DNA of 64,000 nt, taken from Nitrosopumilaceae archaeon (lineage in GTDB: Archaea > Thermoproteota > Nitrososphaeria > Nitrososphaerales > Nitrosopumilaceae). A model generated the notes under the pieces. That model was given only the letters and a program-made list of their open reading frames with translations. It ran no database searches and was not told the DNA's origin. The stretch lies in the NCBI GenBank assembly GCA_965207375.1, contig OZ242274.1:1152001-1216000 (forward strand). Direction: 5' to 3'. Shown here piece by piece: positions 22,453 through 32,800 of the stretch (position 1 is its first letter; each line of letters begins with the position of its first letter). The position numbers and the translations under genes were made by a program.

Positions 22453-23568
22453 TTGATTAGATACATGATTTCTGGATTTGCAACAAAGCAAGGAACACTG
22501 CGATTTTCTCAAAAATTTCCCAACATTTCTGCTGGGAATTTTAAAAAAATCCACGATCTAACTCTTTCAAATGTGGGCATTGGGACCTATCTGGGAGACG
22601 CTGATGCAAAAACTGATGCACTAGTAACTGATGCTGTAAAAAATTCCGTCCTGTCTGGAATCAACATCATTGATACTGCAATAAATTACAGATCTCAAAA
22701 GGCAGAACGCTCCGTAGGCCGGGCAATCTCTGAGCTTGTAGATGAAGGCAAAATTTGTAGAGATGAAATTTTTGTCAGCAGCAAAAATGGATATGTAACA
22801 AATGATGCAGATGTACCTCTAGACTTTTGGCCATATGTGAATCAGGAATATACTCAAAAGGGCATAATAAAAGAAGGAGATGTCTCTTCTAGATATCACT
22901 GCATGTCTGTAAAGTATTTAGAAGATCAGCTTGACCGAAGCTTGAAAAACCTCAGACTAGACTGTATTGATTTGATGTATCTTCACAACGGCACCGAAGG
23001 ACAACTCAACGATATTTCCCGCAAGGATTTTCTAGAAAAGCTCAAATGTGTATTTGAATTATACGAGCAAAAACGAGACGAAGGCAAAATCAAATACTAT
23101 GGAATGGCCACCTGGGAGTCATTTAGGGTTGAGAAAACTAATCCTCAATACTTTGCATTAGATGATATGTTAGATATTGCCAAACAGGTAGGCGGCAACA
23201 ATCATGGCTTTAGCTTTGTTCAGCTGCCCTTTAACCTGTATTACGATCAGGCATTGCTGCTAAAAAATCACATTCTAGATGGAAATAAAGCATCTGTTTT
23301 AGAGGTTGCAAAGCAGAAAAACATTGGCGTCTTTTCAAGCGTTCCTTTTATGCAGGGCAATCTTTTGAAAAATAATACCATACCTGAATTTGGCGACCTA
23401 CCTGCAAACCTTCGCATCCTACAGTTTATCCGTTCTGCTCCAGGCATACTTGCCCCGTTAATTGGGCAAAAATCCCCTGATCATGTGTCTGAAAATCTAA
23501 AAATAATGCAAATTCCTGCAATGACAGAGTCTGATTTTTCCAAACTAGTCAAAGAATTAATCTCCTAG
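22453..23568 (+). CDS. Aldo/keto reductase (start probably ATG 22465)
   Basis: GIGTYLG, IDTAINY, SKNG, SLKNL.LD.IDL.YLHN and QLPFN motifs. Confidence 0.9.
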   Translation: MIRYMISGFATKQGTLRFSQKFPNISAGNFKKIHDLTLSNVGIGTYLGDADAKTDALVTDAVKNSVLSGINIIDTAINYRSQKAERSVGRAISELVDEGKICRDEIFVSSKNGYVTNDADVPLDFWPYVNQEYTQKGIIKEGDVSSRYHCMSVKYLEDQLDRSLKNLRLDCIDLMYLHNGTEGQLNDISRKDFLEKLKCVFELYEQKRDEGKIKYYGMATWESFRVEKTNPQYFALDDMLDIAKQVGGNNHGFSFVQLPFNLYYDQALLLKNHILDGNKASVLEVAKQKNIGVFSSVPFMQGNLLKNNTIPEFGDLPANLRILQFIRSAPGILAPLIGQKSPDHVSENLKIMQIPAMTESDFSKLVKELIS

Positions 23569-23614
23569 ATATAGCAATCAATATGTTTTTCAAATACTGT
23601 ATTGTTACTAAATC

Positions 23615-23983
23615 ATGGCAAGCCGAGTTTATGACTATAATCAGATATGTGATTTGATAAAGTCACTTGATGCCAAAATACGATTTGCAGGAATAATCAA
23701 TGAACGCGGCAGACTAGTTGCAGGAGGCATGAAGGCAGGAGTTGAGCCATTGGAAAGTGAAAAAGATGATGAAATGCTGTTTATGGAGCTTGCACTAAGA
23801 ATCAAAATGCGCAGGGAATTTGACAAACAACTAGGTCCTGTAAACTTTGCACTAGCATCAAGACAGAGGGCCATGAACATGAGCTTTTTACTCAATGAGG
23901 ATATTCTGTATGTTTCAGCAGAACCTGATGCCGATTATGGGCGCATCCCAAAACAGATATTGAAAATTTTAGAAAATCAATAG
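23615..23983 (+). CDS. Thaumarchaeal roadblock-like (DUF6659-type) protein
   Basis: IRFAGIINERGRLVAGG...RREFDKQLG.V pattern. Confidence 0.75.
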   Translation: MASRVYDYNQICDLIKSLDAKIRFAGIINERGRLVAGGMKAGVEPLESEKDDEMLFMELALRIKMRREFDKQLGPVNFALASRQRAMNMSFLLNEDILYVSAEPDADYGRIPKQILKILENQ

Positions 23984-24025
23984 ATGTTGCCAATACATAA
24001 ATAGAATTGACCTAGCAAAACCATA

Positions 24026-24172
24026 TTGCCAGTTGATCCTGTTTGTGGAATTGAATTAGATAAAGACTTAGCTTTGCTTCATCAGCATGAGGGCACAGAA
24101 TATTATTTTTGTTGCAATGGTTGCAGACGTATTTTTGTAAAAAAACCTAAAAAATGGAAAAATAAAAACTAG
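24026..24172 (+). CDS. YHS/TRASH metal-binding domain protein (48 aa; not in ORF track)
   Basis: TTG start: MPVDPVCGIELD...EGTEYYFCCNGCRRIFVKKPKKW. Confidence 0.85.
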   Translation: MPVDPVCGIELDKDLALLHQHEGTEYYFCCNGCRRIFVKKPKKWKNKN

Positions 24173-25116
24173 CCTTCAAACCTGCCGCACATTCTGCAAA
24201 ATTTTGAATCTTCAAGAGTTTGACATTTACAATCAGGACAAATGTTTTCTGTTTTGCCACTGCTTGGAGCACCAAAATGTTTTTTGTACATTTGATAATA
24301 GTGAAGCGACTCTTTTGTTCTTATAATTATGCCGTCATCTTTGTTAATTTTTTCCTTTTGCTCAGAAAATACATCATCTGGAATCACTGCATCAAACAAA
24401 CCTGTCAATCCTGCAGTTCCTGCACCGTCTTGCATCGGCGTCTTTTGACGCCAGACGATACTATCTGGAATTTTACTCTCAAATGACTTTCTAATTATCC
24501 ACTTTCCAAACTTTTTTCCTTTGTACATTCTGATTTTTTGATTTAATGGTAATTTCTGGGCAAATTCCCTCATGGCCTTGTCCAAAAATGGGGTTTCTAC
24601 GTTAATTCCTAGTGCTATTCCAATCTTTTTTGAGGGAAAATGCATAATCTCTGTTATTCTGTGCAGTTCCTTTTGCAAGTCCTCATCTGTTTTTTTTAAC
24701 AGAAAATTATAACCTGCAAACAATTCGTCTGCTCCATCCCCTGTAATTATTGATTTTTCACCTCTTTTTTTCATTGACTCTAGTGTGATATACATCACAA
24801 GTGAATTTCTGATCTCAATATCGTTGAAATTTTTTAAAATCTTTATTGTTTTGTCTATACCTGATATCATATCTTTTGTGGTGACCTTGATTATTTCCAA
24901 TGGGAGATTCAACTTTGATGCAATCATCTGAGAATAGGTCAGATCATTTGCTAGAAAATCCTCTGCAATTACTACATGTGCTTTGGGCTTTTTTCCTCTT
25001 GCACAATATGCAATTGCACTGCTGTCCAAGCCTCCTGACAGTGCAATGTTGCAAGAATCGTTTTTTGACACCGCATTGTGCAGTATTTCTAAAAACCTTC
25101 TAGATTGCAACTCCAT
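24169..25116 (-). CDS. Asparagine synthase C-terminal domain protein
   Basis: LSGGLDSS, TGDGADELFAGY, PFLD and K..MQDG; C-terminal double Zn ribbon. Confidence 0.88.
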   Translation of the reverse strand: MELQSRRFLEILHNAVSKNDSCNIALSGGLDSSAIAYCARGKKPKAHVVIAEDFLANDLTYSQMIASKLNLPLEIIKVTTKDMISGIDKTIKILKNFNDIEIRNSLVMYITLESMKKRGEKSIITGDGADELFAGYNFLLKKTDEDLQKELHRITEIMHFPSKKIGIALGINVETPFLDKAMREFAQKLPLNQKIRMYKGKKFGKWIIRKSFESKIPDSIVWRQKTPMQDGAGTAGLTGLFDAVIPDDVFSEQKEKINKDDGIIIRTKESLHYYQMYKKHFGAPSSGKTENICPDCKCQTLEDSKFCRMCGRFEG

Positions 25117-25230
25117 GTATCATCTGTATTTTTTGTAATTATAATAAGTTGGTCTAACTACTGTGATATTTTTTGACAAGATCGCAGTATTGTACATTGA
25201 TTTTTAAACATCTACTATTTTATCAATTCA

Positions 25231-28200
25231 ATGATAATTTTACATGCTGGAATTTATTATGGATCGCCTGTACTGTGGGCCGAAGTATCTGATGTATCAT
25301 CACCTGATACACACCAATCAAAAAATCGGCTTTTACAATACAAGTTTTCTGCAAATCCTGCACAACTAAAAAAGATACTAAAACAAATACCTGTTAAACT
25401 AAAAACTCTCCAATATGCAGGCATTTGGCTTCCTACCAAAGACGGAAATCCTATCCCTTCTAGCAGCATTATCTCTGATACTGTATATGCTACAAAGCCT
25501 AAACTGGAAAAATGGGGAATAAACATCGCCATACTTGATGACGAGCAGGTCATAGGACTGCTTGGCAGACTAGTTGGAATGAGGACTATAATGCCTGGTA
25601 TGATAGTAGGTGCGGATTTGGCCTATTTGGTAGAGGTCATGCATCTAGCAAGCTCCCTGGTGGCAAGACAGCAATACCTGCCAAATATGAGAGATGAAGG
25701 CGGATCTTGTGATGCAGTGTGGAGTCCAATTTTGGTAGGTGCTGACTCTGAACAATTTAACACGCTAGAAAAACGCATGCCTGGAGCAATCGTGGCATTT
25801 ACCAACAGTACAAACCCGACTGTATATGGCCTGCCCTCAAAAACCCTTGAAAGCATCCTTACTGCCTTTATTGGATATTTGGTGCGCCTTTCTGCATCTG
25901 ATTCTAATCCAAATGTTTCTAGACGCCGTCAGAGATTTGACAGCATACATGATTCATGGATGCATCATCTAAAATTTGAGGATACTATGAATGATGAAGA
26001 TGCACCCGTGTTTACAAAACAGGTTCACAAGTGGCAGCAATCCCTAATAGTTACTACCAACATGCCGCTACGTTTGTGCTTTCGTCTAGAGGAGCCTGAA
26101 AAACCTGGTGACCCCTGGTTTGTGCGTTACATGGTACAGTCAAGAAATGATCCAAGCTTTTTGATTTCAGCTGAGGATGCATGGAACTCTAAAACCAACA
26201 TGCTGCCAAGTGGCACAAACATCAAAGAATTTTTGTTGATATCTATAGCAAAGGCATCTGGAATATTTCCACACATTACAACCGGACTCAAAAAAATGCG
26301 TCTTGAGTTGGGAAAGGGGTGTTTTATTGACATCAATGCAGCACATGATTTTTTGACAAAGGATGCACCTGCGTTAAGACAGGCAGGCTATGGCATAATA
26401 CTTCCATCATGGTGGAAGGGCAATGGAACTCAGGCAAAGATTCGCGCACGTGGAGACATAAAAAACCCAAAAATGAAAACACGTGGCATATTTGATCTAA
26501 ACAGTATCGTAGAATTTGACTGGCAGATAGCAATAGGTGATAATAAAGTCACATTAACAGAACTAAACCGTCTTGCCAACGCAAAGGTTCCACTAGTTCA
26601 CATGCGCGGACAATGGGTTCAGGTCTCACCAGAAGAGATCAAACAGATAATTAAATTCTTAAAAAAGAAGACAAAAAAATCCACCCTCTTGGAGGCCATC
26701 AAAATGGGACTTGGTGGAGAATTTGAGTTAGTTGGCACTTTACATGAAAATAACACATCTGGTATAGATGTCGAAATTCAAAGTAAAAACAAGGACATAT
26801 CAAAGATGCTAAACATGCTTACAGGCAAGGCCAAACTAGAAAAAATGAAACAGCCAAAAGGCTTTACAGGCAAGCTGCGTCCATACCAAAACAATGGCTT
26901 TTCATGGCTGTACTTTTTACAAAGGTGGGGCCTAGGCGGCTGTCTTGCAGATGATATGGGACTAGGAAAGACCATACAGACTCTGGCACTCATACAGCAA
27001 TACAGATCAGAGTCAGGCTCCAAAAAAAACTCTGCCTTTTTACTTGTCTGTCCCACATCTGTCATAAGCAACTGGGAAAAAGAGGCACATCGATTCACGC
27101 CAGAACTTTCTGTAATGATACATCATGGCGTCAGCAGAAACAAAACCGCCTCTTCACTACAACGCAAAATCGGCAATTATGATATAGTGATATCAAGTTA
27201 TGGCCTGCTGCAAAAGGATGTAAAAGTAATCAAAAAGATAAAGTGGGCAGGCCTAGTACTAGACGAGGCACAAAATATCAAAAATTGGCAGACAAAACAG
27301 GCACAAGCCGCACGTGCAATTGATGCCAAATGCAGATTTGCATTGACAGGTACGCCTGTGGAAAACAACATTGGCGATTTGTGGTCAATCATGGAGTTTC
27401 TCAATCCTGGATTTCTTGGAAACCAGGCATCATTTAAGCGAAATTTTTTCGTGCCGATTCAAACCCGACAGGACGAAAATGCCACAAATAGATTAAAACA
27501 GGCAACTGCGCCATTTATACTGCGCAGGTTAAAGACTGACAAATCAATTATCGCCGATCTGCCAGAAAAGATGGAAAACAAGACGTACTGTTCACTTACA
27601 AAGGAGCAGGCATCTTTGTATGCTGCAGTACTCAAAGACATTGAAATTTCTCTTGCTGCAAGCGAAGGAATCCAACGAAAGGGGATAATATTGAGTGCAC
27701 TTGTAAAACTAAAACAGGTATGTAATCATCCCGTACTGCTGCTAAAGGATAATTCTGGAATCACAACCGGTAGAAAAAGATCTGACCAGATGCGCTCAGG
27801 CAAACTAGCAAGTCTCACAGAGATGCTTGCTGAGATAATAGAGATGGGTGAGAGTGCACTTGTGTTTACCCAGTTTGTAGAGATGGGTCACATGCTCAGA
27901 CTCCACATACAAGAAACGTTTGGTCAAGAGGTCAGGTTCCTTCATGGTGGAACCACAAGACAGCAAAGAGATCAGATGGTCCAATGGTTTCAAAATGAGC
28001 AAAAAGGCATCTCAAAGATACTGGTAATATCGTTAAAGGCAGGAGGTACAGGCTTGAATTTGACTGCTGCTAGTCACGTATTTCATTTTGACAGGTGGTG
28101 GAATCCTGCCGTAGAGGATCAAGCCACAGACAGGGCATTTCGCATAGGTCAGAAAAAAAATGTGCAGGTTCATAAAATGATATGTACTGGCACACTTGAG

Positions 28201-28353
28201 GAAAAAATAGACATGATGATAGAAAGAAAAAAGTATGTTTCCAAAAAGGTAATAGGTACAGGTGAGGGCTGGATAACAGAGATGTCAAATGATGATCTAC
28301 GAAATATTCTGGCATTGAGTGCAGAGGCTACTCTAGGTGAGGAGGATCAATAA
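25231..28353 (+). CDS. SNF2-family helicase/ATPase (DUF3670-type N-terminal region)
   Basis: LRPYQ, LADDMGLGKT, DEAQNIKN, LTGTPVEN, SLKAGGTGLNL and QATDRAFRIGQ. Confidence 0.95.
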   Translation: MIILHAGIYYGSPVLWAEVSDVSSPDTHQSKNRLLQYKFSANPAQLKKILKQIPVKLKTLQYAGIWLPTKDGNPIPSSSIISDTVYATKPKLEKWGINIAILDDEQVIGLLGRLVGMRTIMPGMIVGADLAYLVEVMHLASSLVARQQYLPNMRDEGGSCDAVWSPILVGADSEQFNTLEKRMPGAIVAFTNSTNPTVYGLPSKTLESILTAFIGYLVRLSASDSNPNVSRRRQRFDSIHDSWMHHLKFEDTMNDEDAPVFTKQVHKWQQSLIVTTNMPLRLCFRLEEPEKPGDPWFVRYMVQSRNDPSFLISAEDAWNSKTNMLPSGTNIKEFLLISIAKASGIFPHITTGLKKMRLELGKGCFIDINAAHDFLTKDAPALRQAGYGIILPSWWKGNGTQAKIRARGDIKNPKMKTRGIFDLNSIVEFDWQIAIGDNKVTLTELNRLANAKVPLVHMRGQWVQVSPEEIKQIIKFLKKKTKKSTLLEAIKMGLGGEFELVGTLHENNTSGIDVEIQSKNKDISKMLNMLTGKAKLEKMKQPKGFTGKLRPYQNNGFSWLYFLQRWGLGGCLADDMGLGKTIQTLALIQQYRSESGSKKNSAFLLVCPTSVISNWEKEAHRFTPELSVMIHHGVSRNKTASSLQRKIGNYDIVISSYGLLQKDVKVIKKIKWAGLVLDEAQNIKNWQTKQAQAARAIDAKCRFALTGTPVENNIGDLWSIMEFLNPGFLGNQASFKRNFFVPIQTRQDENATNRLKQATAPFILRRLKTDKSIIADLPEKMENKTYCSLTKEQASLYAAVLKDIEISLAASEGIQRKGIILSALVKLKQVCNHPVLLLKDNSGITTGRKRSDQMRSGKLASLTEMLAEIIEMGESALVFTQFVEMGHMLRLHIQETFGQEVRFLHGGTTRQQRDQMVQWFQNEQKGISKILVISLKAGGTGLNLTAASHVFHFDRWWNPAVEDQATDRAFRIGQKKNVQVHKMICTGTLEEKIDMMIERKKYVSKKVIGTGEGWITEMSNDDLRNILALSAEATLGEEDQ

Positions 28354-28355
28354 TT

Positions 28356-29198
28356 ATGGGATGGTGGTACAGATCCCCTCCGTTAAAAGGTGTAAAGGGC
28401 GGAATAAAGGCTCAGATAAATAATAAATCAAGCCAGAATTGGTGGGCAAAGCGATGGAATCAAACACTTGAAGCTTATGATATAGGTGAGAGACTAAGCC
28501 GCGGTAAAACATATGCACGTAAGGGACAAGTGGCATCAATCAAAATACAAAAAGGCTCAGTTACTGCCACAGTTCAGGGCAGCTGGAGATACAAGGTGCA
28601 AATAAAGGTAAATACTTTGAATCTGACACAACAACAGACAGTTGCAAGGGGAATCTTTTCTAGGCCCGTTATTACTGCTAGTCTGCTTGCAGGTCAGATG
28701 CCTGAGGACATTGAGGATGTATTTGATGAGATGCAGATGAGATTATTTCCTGATGTAACAGACATTGAGACTAGCTGTACATGTCCTGATTGGTCAAATC
28801 CGTGCAAGCATATTGCTGCAGTATACCTTATACTTGGCGAGGAGTTTGATCGTGATCCTTTTATGATATTTTTACTGCGCGGTATGACACGAAACGAGCT
28901 CTTAAAGATTGCAGGTATTGGAGAAACAAAACCCACTTTTAGCAAGACTGTGGCTCCAAAAAAACGACGAGAAAAAAAGTTGCCTTTAGCAGATCCTGCC
29001 AGCTTTTGGGGAAGCCTAGATGTGCAAAAAACCGACAAGGAAGGTGCCATAATTCCTGTAGTGCCTGCAACGCTAGTAAAGCAGCTTGGCAAGTTTCCGT
29101 TTTGGAGGGGGGAGGACGCCTTTATTCCAAGCATGGAAAAGATGTATCATGATGCCTCACAGCGTGCAATGAAGACCTTTCTTGGCGAATCAGAATAG
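28356..29198 (+). CDS. SWIM zinc-finger protein, partner of the SNF2 ATPase
   Basis: RL.RG.TYAR.GQV and CTCPDWSNPCKHIAAV; starts 2 nt after the SNF2 stop. Confidence 0.92.
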   Translation: MGWWYRSPPLKGVKGGIKAQINNKSSQNWWAKRWNQTLEAYDIGERLSRGKTYARKGQVASIKIQKGSVTATVQGSWRYKVQIKVNTLNLTQQQTVARGIFSRPVITASLLAGQMPEDIEDVFDEMQMRLFPDVTDIETSCTCPDWSNPCKHIAAVYLILGEEFDRDPFMIFLLRGMTRNELLKIAGIGETKPTFSKTVAPKKRREKKLPLADPASFWGSLDVQKTDKEGAIIPVVPATLVKQLGKFPFWRGEDAFIPSMEKMYHDASQRAMKTFLGESE

Positions 29199-29229
29199 AT
29201 TTTTTACAGTATGTGTTTAGTAGTAAATC

Positions 29230-29328
29230 CAGCTAAGCGAAATGTGGGCAAAATAGGCAAAAATCTGCCTAGAAATGCAAGCAGAGCGACAGAGGGGGCA
29301 AGAATTTGGGTCACATTTTTCTTATCTG
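29230..29328 (+). mobile_element. MITE family 1, copy A (99 bp)
   Basis: Imperfect TIRs CAGCTAAGCGAAATGTG / CACATTTTTCTTATCTG; 5-bp target duplication AAATC on both sides. Confidence 0.85.
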
Positions 29329-29443
29329 AAATCAGAATCTGAATTGTTGCAATGTGCTTGATCTTTAATCCTTAGCAGTATAATGCATATTGGTTTTGGG
29401 CCATTATCTTTTGATTTGTGCTTTTTGGAGTATTACCAAAAGA

Positions 29444-29661
29444 ACAAACAAAAAAATGAATACTAATAAAAAATAAAATAAAATACAAACAAAAAAACGA
29501 ATACTAATAAAAAATAAAATAAAATACAAACAAAAAAACGAATACTAATAAAAAATAAAATAAAATACAAACAAAAAAACGAATACTAATAAAAAATAAA
29601 ATAAAATACAAACAAAAAAACGAATACTAATAAAAAATAAAATAAAATACAAACAAAAAAA
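29444..29661. repeat. AT-rich tandem repeat, 5 x 41 bp plus a partial copy
   Basis: Unit GAATACTAATAAAAAATAAAATAAAATACAAACAAAAAAAC starts at 29458, 29499, 29540, 29581 and 29622; no spacers. Confidence 0.95.
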
Positions 29662-29838
29662 TTTTTTCAAAAACATAAATAAATCCCCCAAAAAAAGGTG
29701 AAACAATATGATTACATCTAGATACAATCTGACTTTAATTCATAATGCCATTTACTTGATTAATGTTGACAGAATTTATTATTATGATAATTTTTCAAAT
29801 AAAAATTACGTTGAAAATTATTTTGGAGCGAATTTATT

Positions 29839-32800
29839 TTGAATAAGATAATTCTTGTTTTACCAATTATCGCAGCACTGATTTTAGTTGCCTCTGATCA
29901 GGCCTTTGGAGACCACTACCCCGAGATACTATCCACTACTGCAACTAATGGCACCAGTCTTGATTCAATTCCGTTTACTGTTGTATTTAATGATCCTACA
30001 CATGTATTACTACATGGACATATTGGTGTATCGTTTAATGGAGATAGACAGGACCCTCCTACTTCTGCATCTACCCCCACCGCAGAGCCGGTTTATATCG
30101 GCGCCTTTAACGAACGTAACATTGGAATACTTGGTTCAGGTGATGGCCAGTTCTATCATCCGCGTGCAATAGCAGTAAACTCTACAGGTCACATCTATGT
30201 GGCAGATTCAAACAACAACCGCGTTCAGATATTTGACGAGAATGGCAATTACATCTCACAGTTTGGTATTGGTGCACCACATGCAATAGCAAAAAACAAC
30301 ACCCACATGTTCATAACAGATACTGCAAATCACCGAATCAAAATATTTGACCACTCTGGTAATTTTGTCTCACAGTTTGGCAGTGGTCCAGGTAATAGTG
30401 ATGGCATGTTTAACAGTCCAAAGGGAATAGCAGTAAACTCTACAGGTTTCATCTTTGTACTAGACGCAAACAATTATCGCATACAAATCTTTGACAAATC
30501 TGGTAACTATGTCGACAAGTTTGGCCAGTTAGGTCAAGATGAACATCAGTTTGTACGACCCGTTGCAATAGCAATAAATGGTACAGGCAACATCTTTGTA
30601 GCAGATTTTGTCAGTGATACGATAAAGATCTTTAGTCAAACAGGTAAACATCTTCACGACTTGAGTACAACAAACCTTAACGGTACAAACATTGACGGTC
30701 CAAGCGCAATTACAATACATGAAAATAACCTATACGTGGCAGACCAAAACAACGCTCGTGTACTAAAGTTTGTCCAAAATTCCCCTAATGCCACATATAC
30801 CGGCACCGTTGTTGATCCAGACAGATTCAGCAATAATCCTAAAATCCATCCTGCTCCATCTGCAATTGCCTTTGATAATTCAGGAACCATTCATGTGGCT
30901 GATGCGCAACGTCATCACGTTTTCGTAGATCGTAAGGTATACTCCTTTAATGTGATAACTCAAGGAACAGGTTACATTCAAGTATGGCTAAATACTAACA
31001 ATCCCGTTGGTCACGATTCAAAATGGATATACCTTACAATTGACAAAACAGGTCCAACCGCCATAACAATTTCAAACCCGATAGATATAACAAATCTCAA
31101 AAATATCCCCTTTATGGTAAAGGCTAATGAACCAATAACTAACCTTGAAATATCTGATATTACATCAAGTCAAGGCACAGTACAGAATCTTCGTTCTCCA
31201 ATAGAATACTATGATACTGGTCTTAGTATTACTTCCGGTTTCACAAAGGGCCAAATCGCAGTAAATGCAACCGGCTATATTTATGCAACAAATCCTAACG
31301 AAGATTATGTTGAAATCTTTGACCCATATGGCAATCATGTCTCAACTTTGGATCATCCACTAGTCGCTGGTCTCAGTACCGGGTTTAGCGGTCCGACAGG
31401 CATTGCAATCAACGGTACAGGTTACATATACGTAACAGATACAGCACACGACTCCGTACACATATTTGATCCACAAAACCAACATGTCTCATATTTTGGC
31501 ACACATGGCAGTTTTAGTAGCGACCCAGGTAAATTTGCGCGCCCTGGTGGAATAGAAATAAACTCTACAGGACATGTATTTGTAGCAGATACGTGGAATA
31601 GCCGCGTCCAAATATTTGGCCCATCAGGAAATTACTTGGCTCATTTTGGTAGTGACGGTAGGGGCGACGGCCAGTTTAAACGTAATCACGACCTTGCAAT
31701 AAACTCTACAGGATACATCTATGTAGCAGATTCAAAAAACTTCCGCGTCCAAATATTTGACCCATCCGGTAATTATGTGGGTCAGTTTAATAGTGCAGGT
31801 GACGATTCGTTTGAGACACTAAGGTCAATAGCAATAGACTCTGATGATAATGTCTATGTCGCCGACATTGGAACACTTGTGGGAGATGAAACTCTAAATA
31901 TAATACCTGATCCTACCTGTGTTCAGGGAATACCTCCAGGCGGTACACTTGCAGATTATATTATTTGTACGGTACGTATTGCACCTGAAAACGCAGGTAT
32001 TCACAAATTTGGTCCATCAGGAAACTATCTTGGTGATCTTGATATTGTAGGTACGGACAAGATTGCTGTACCACGTGGAATCCATTTTGATTCTAATGGC
32101 GACACTTACGTAGCAGATGCCGGAAATGATCAAATCTACATAGAGCGTGATGGATTCACTTTTGAAGTAGTAAACGTACAAAACGGTCAACTGACTGTAA
32201 CCATACCTCTAAATGCTGTAACCGATCTTGCCGGTAACAGAAACACTGGCACAGGTACAGGACAACACACAGTGACCGTAGCTATAAATCCAGATCCGCC
32301 TACAAACCTGATTGCATCCCCTGGCAACGGTCAAGTCACACTATCATGGACTGCACCTGCAAATACCTATGGAACTCCACTTACTGATTATATCGTAGAA
32401 CGTAATAGAGATGGCGTCTGGACTAATGTTAATGATGGCGTCTCTACTGACACATTTACTACAGTAACTGGTCTCTCAAACGGAATCACCTACCAATTTA
32501 GAGTCAGCGCTGTAAACAGTATAGGAACCAGTCTTTTATCTAATATTGCTAGTGCCACTCCTAATCCTGCACCTGCAGCACCGGCAGTACCAACAGGACT
32601 TTCAGCAACAGCAGGCAACGGTATTGTTACACTATCATGGACTGCACCTGATTCAAACAGGTCACCACTTACTGATTATACTATACAATACAAACTAAAC
32701 ACGGCAAACACTTGGACTGTATTCAATGACGGTACAGTTAATCAAACCTCTACTACTGTCACCGGTCTAACAAACGGTGTACCGTATCAGTTTAGAGTGG

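Noticed and set aside
29444-29661. CRISPR array
   Set aside because: Units are contiguous and identical with no unique spacers, and no cas genes are present.
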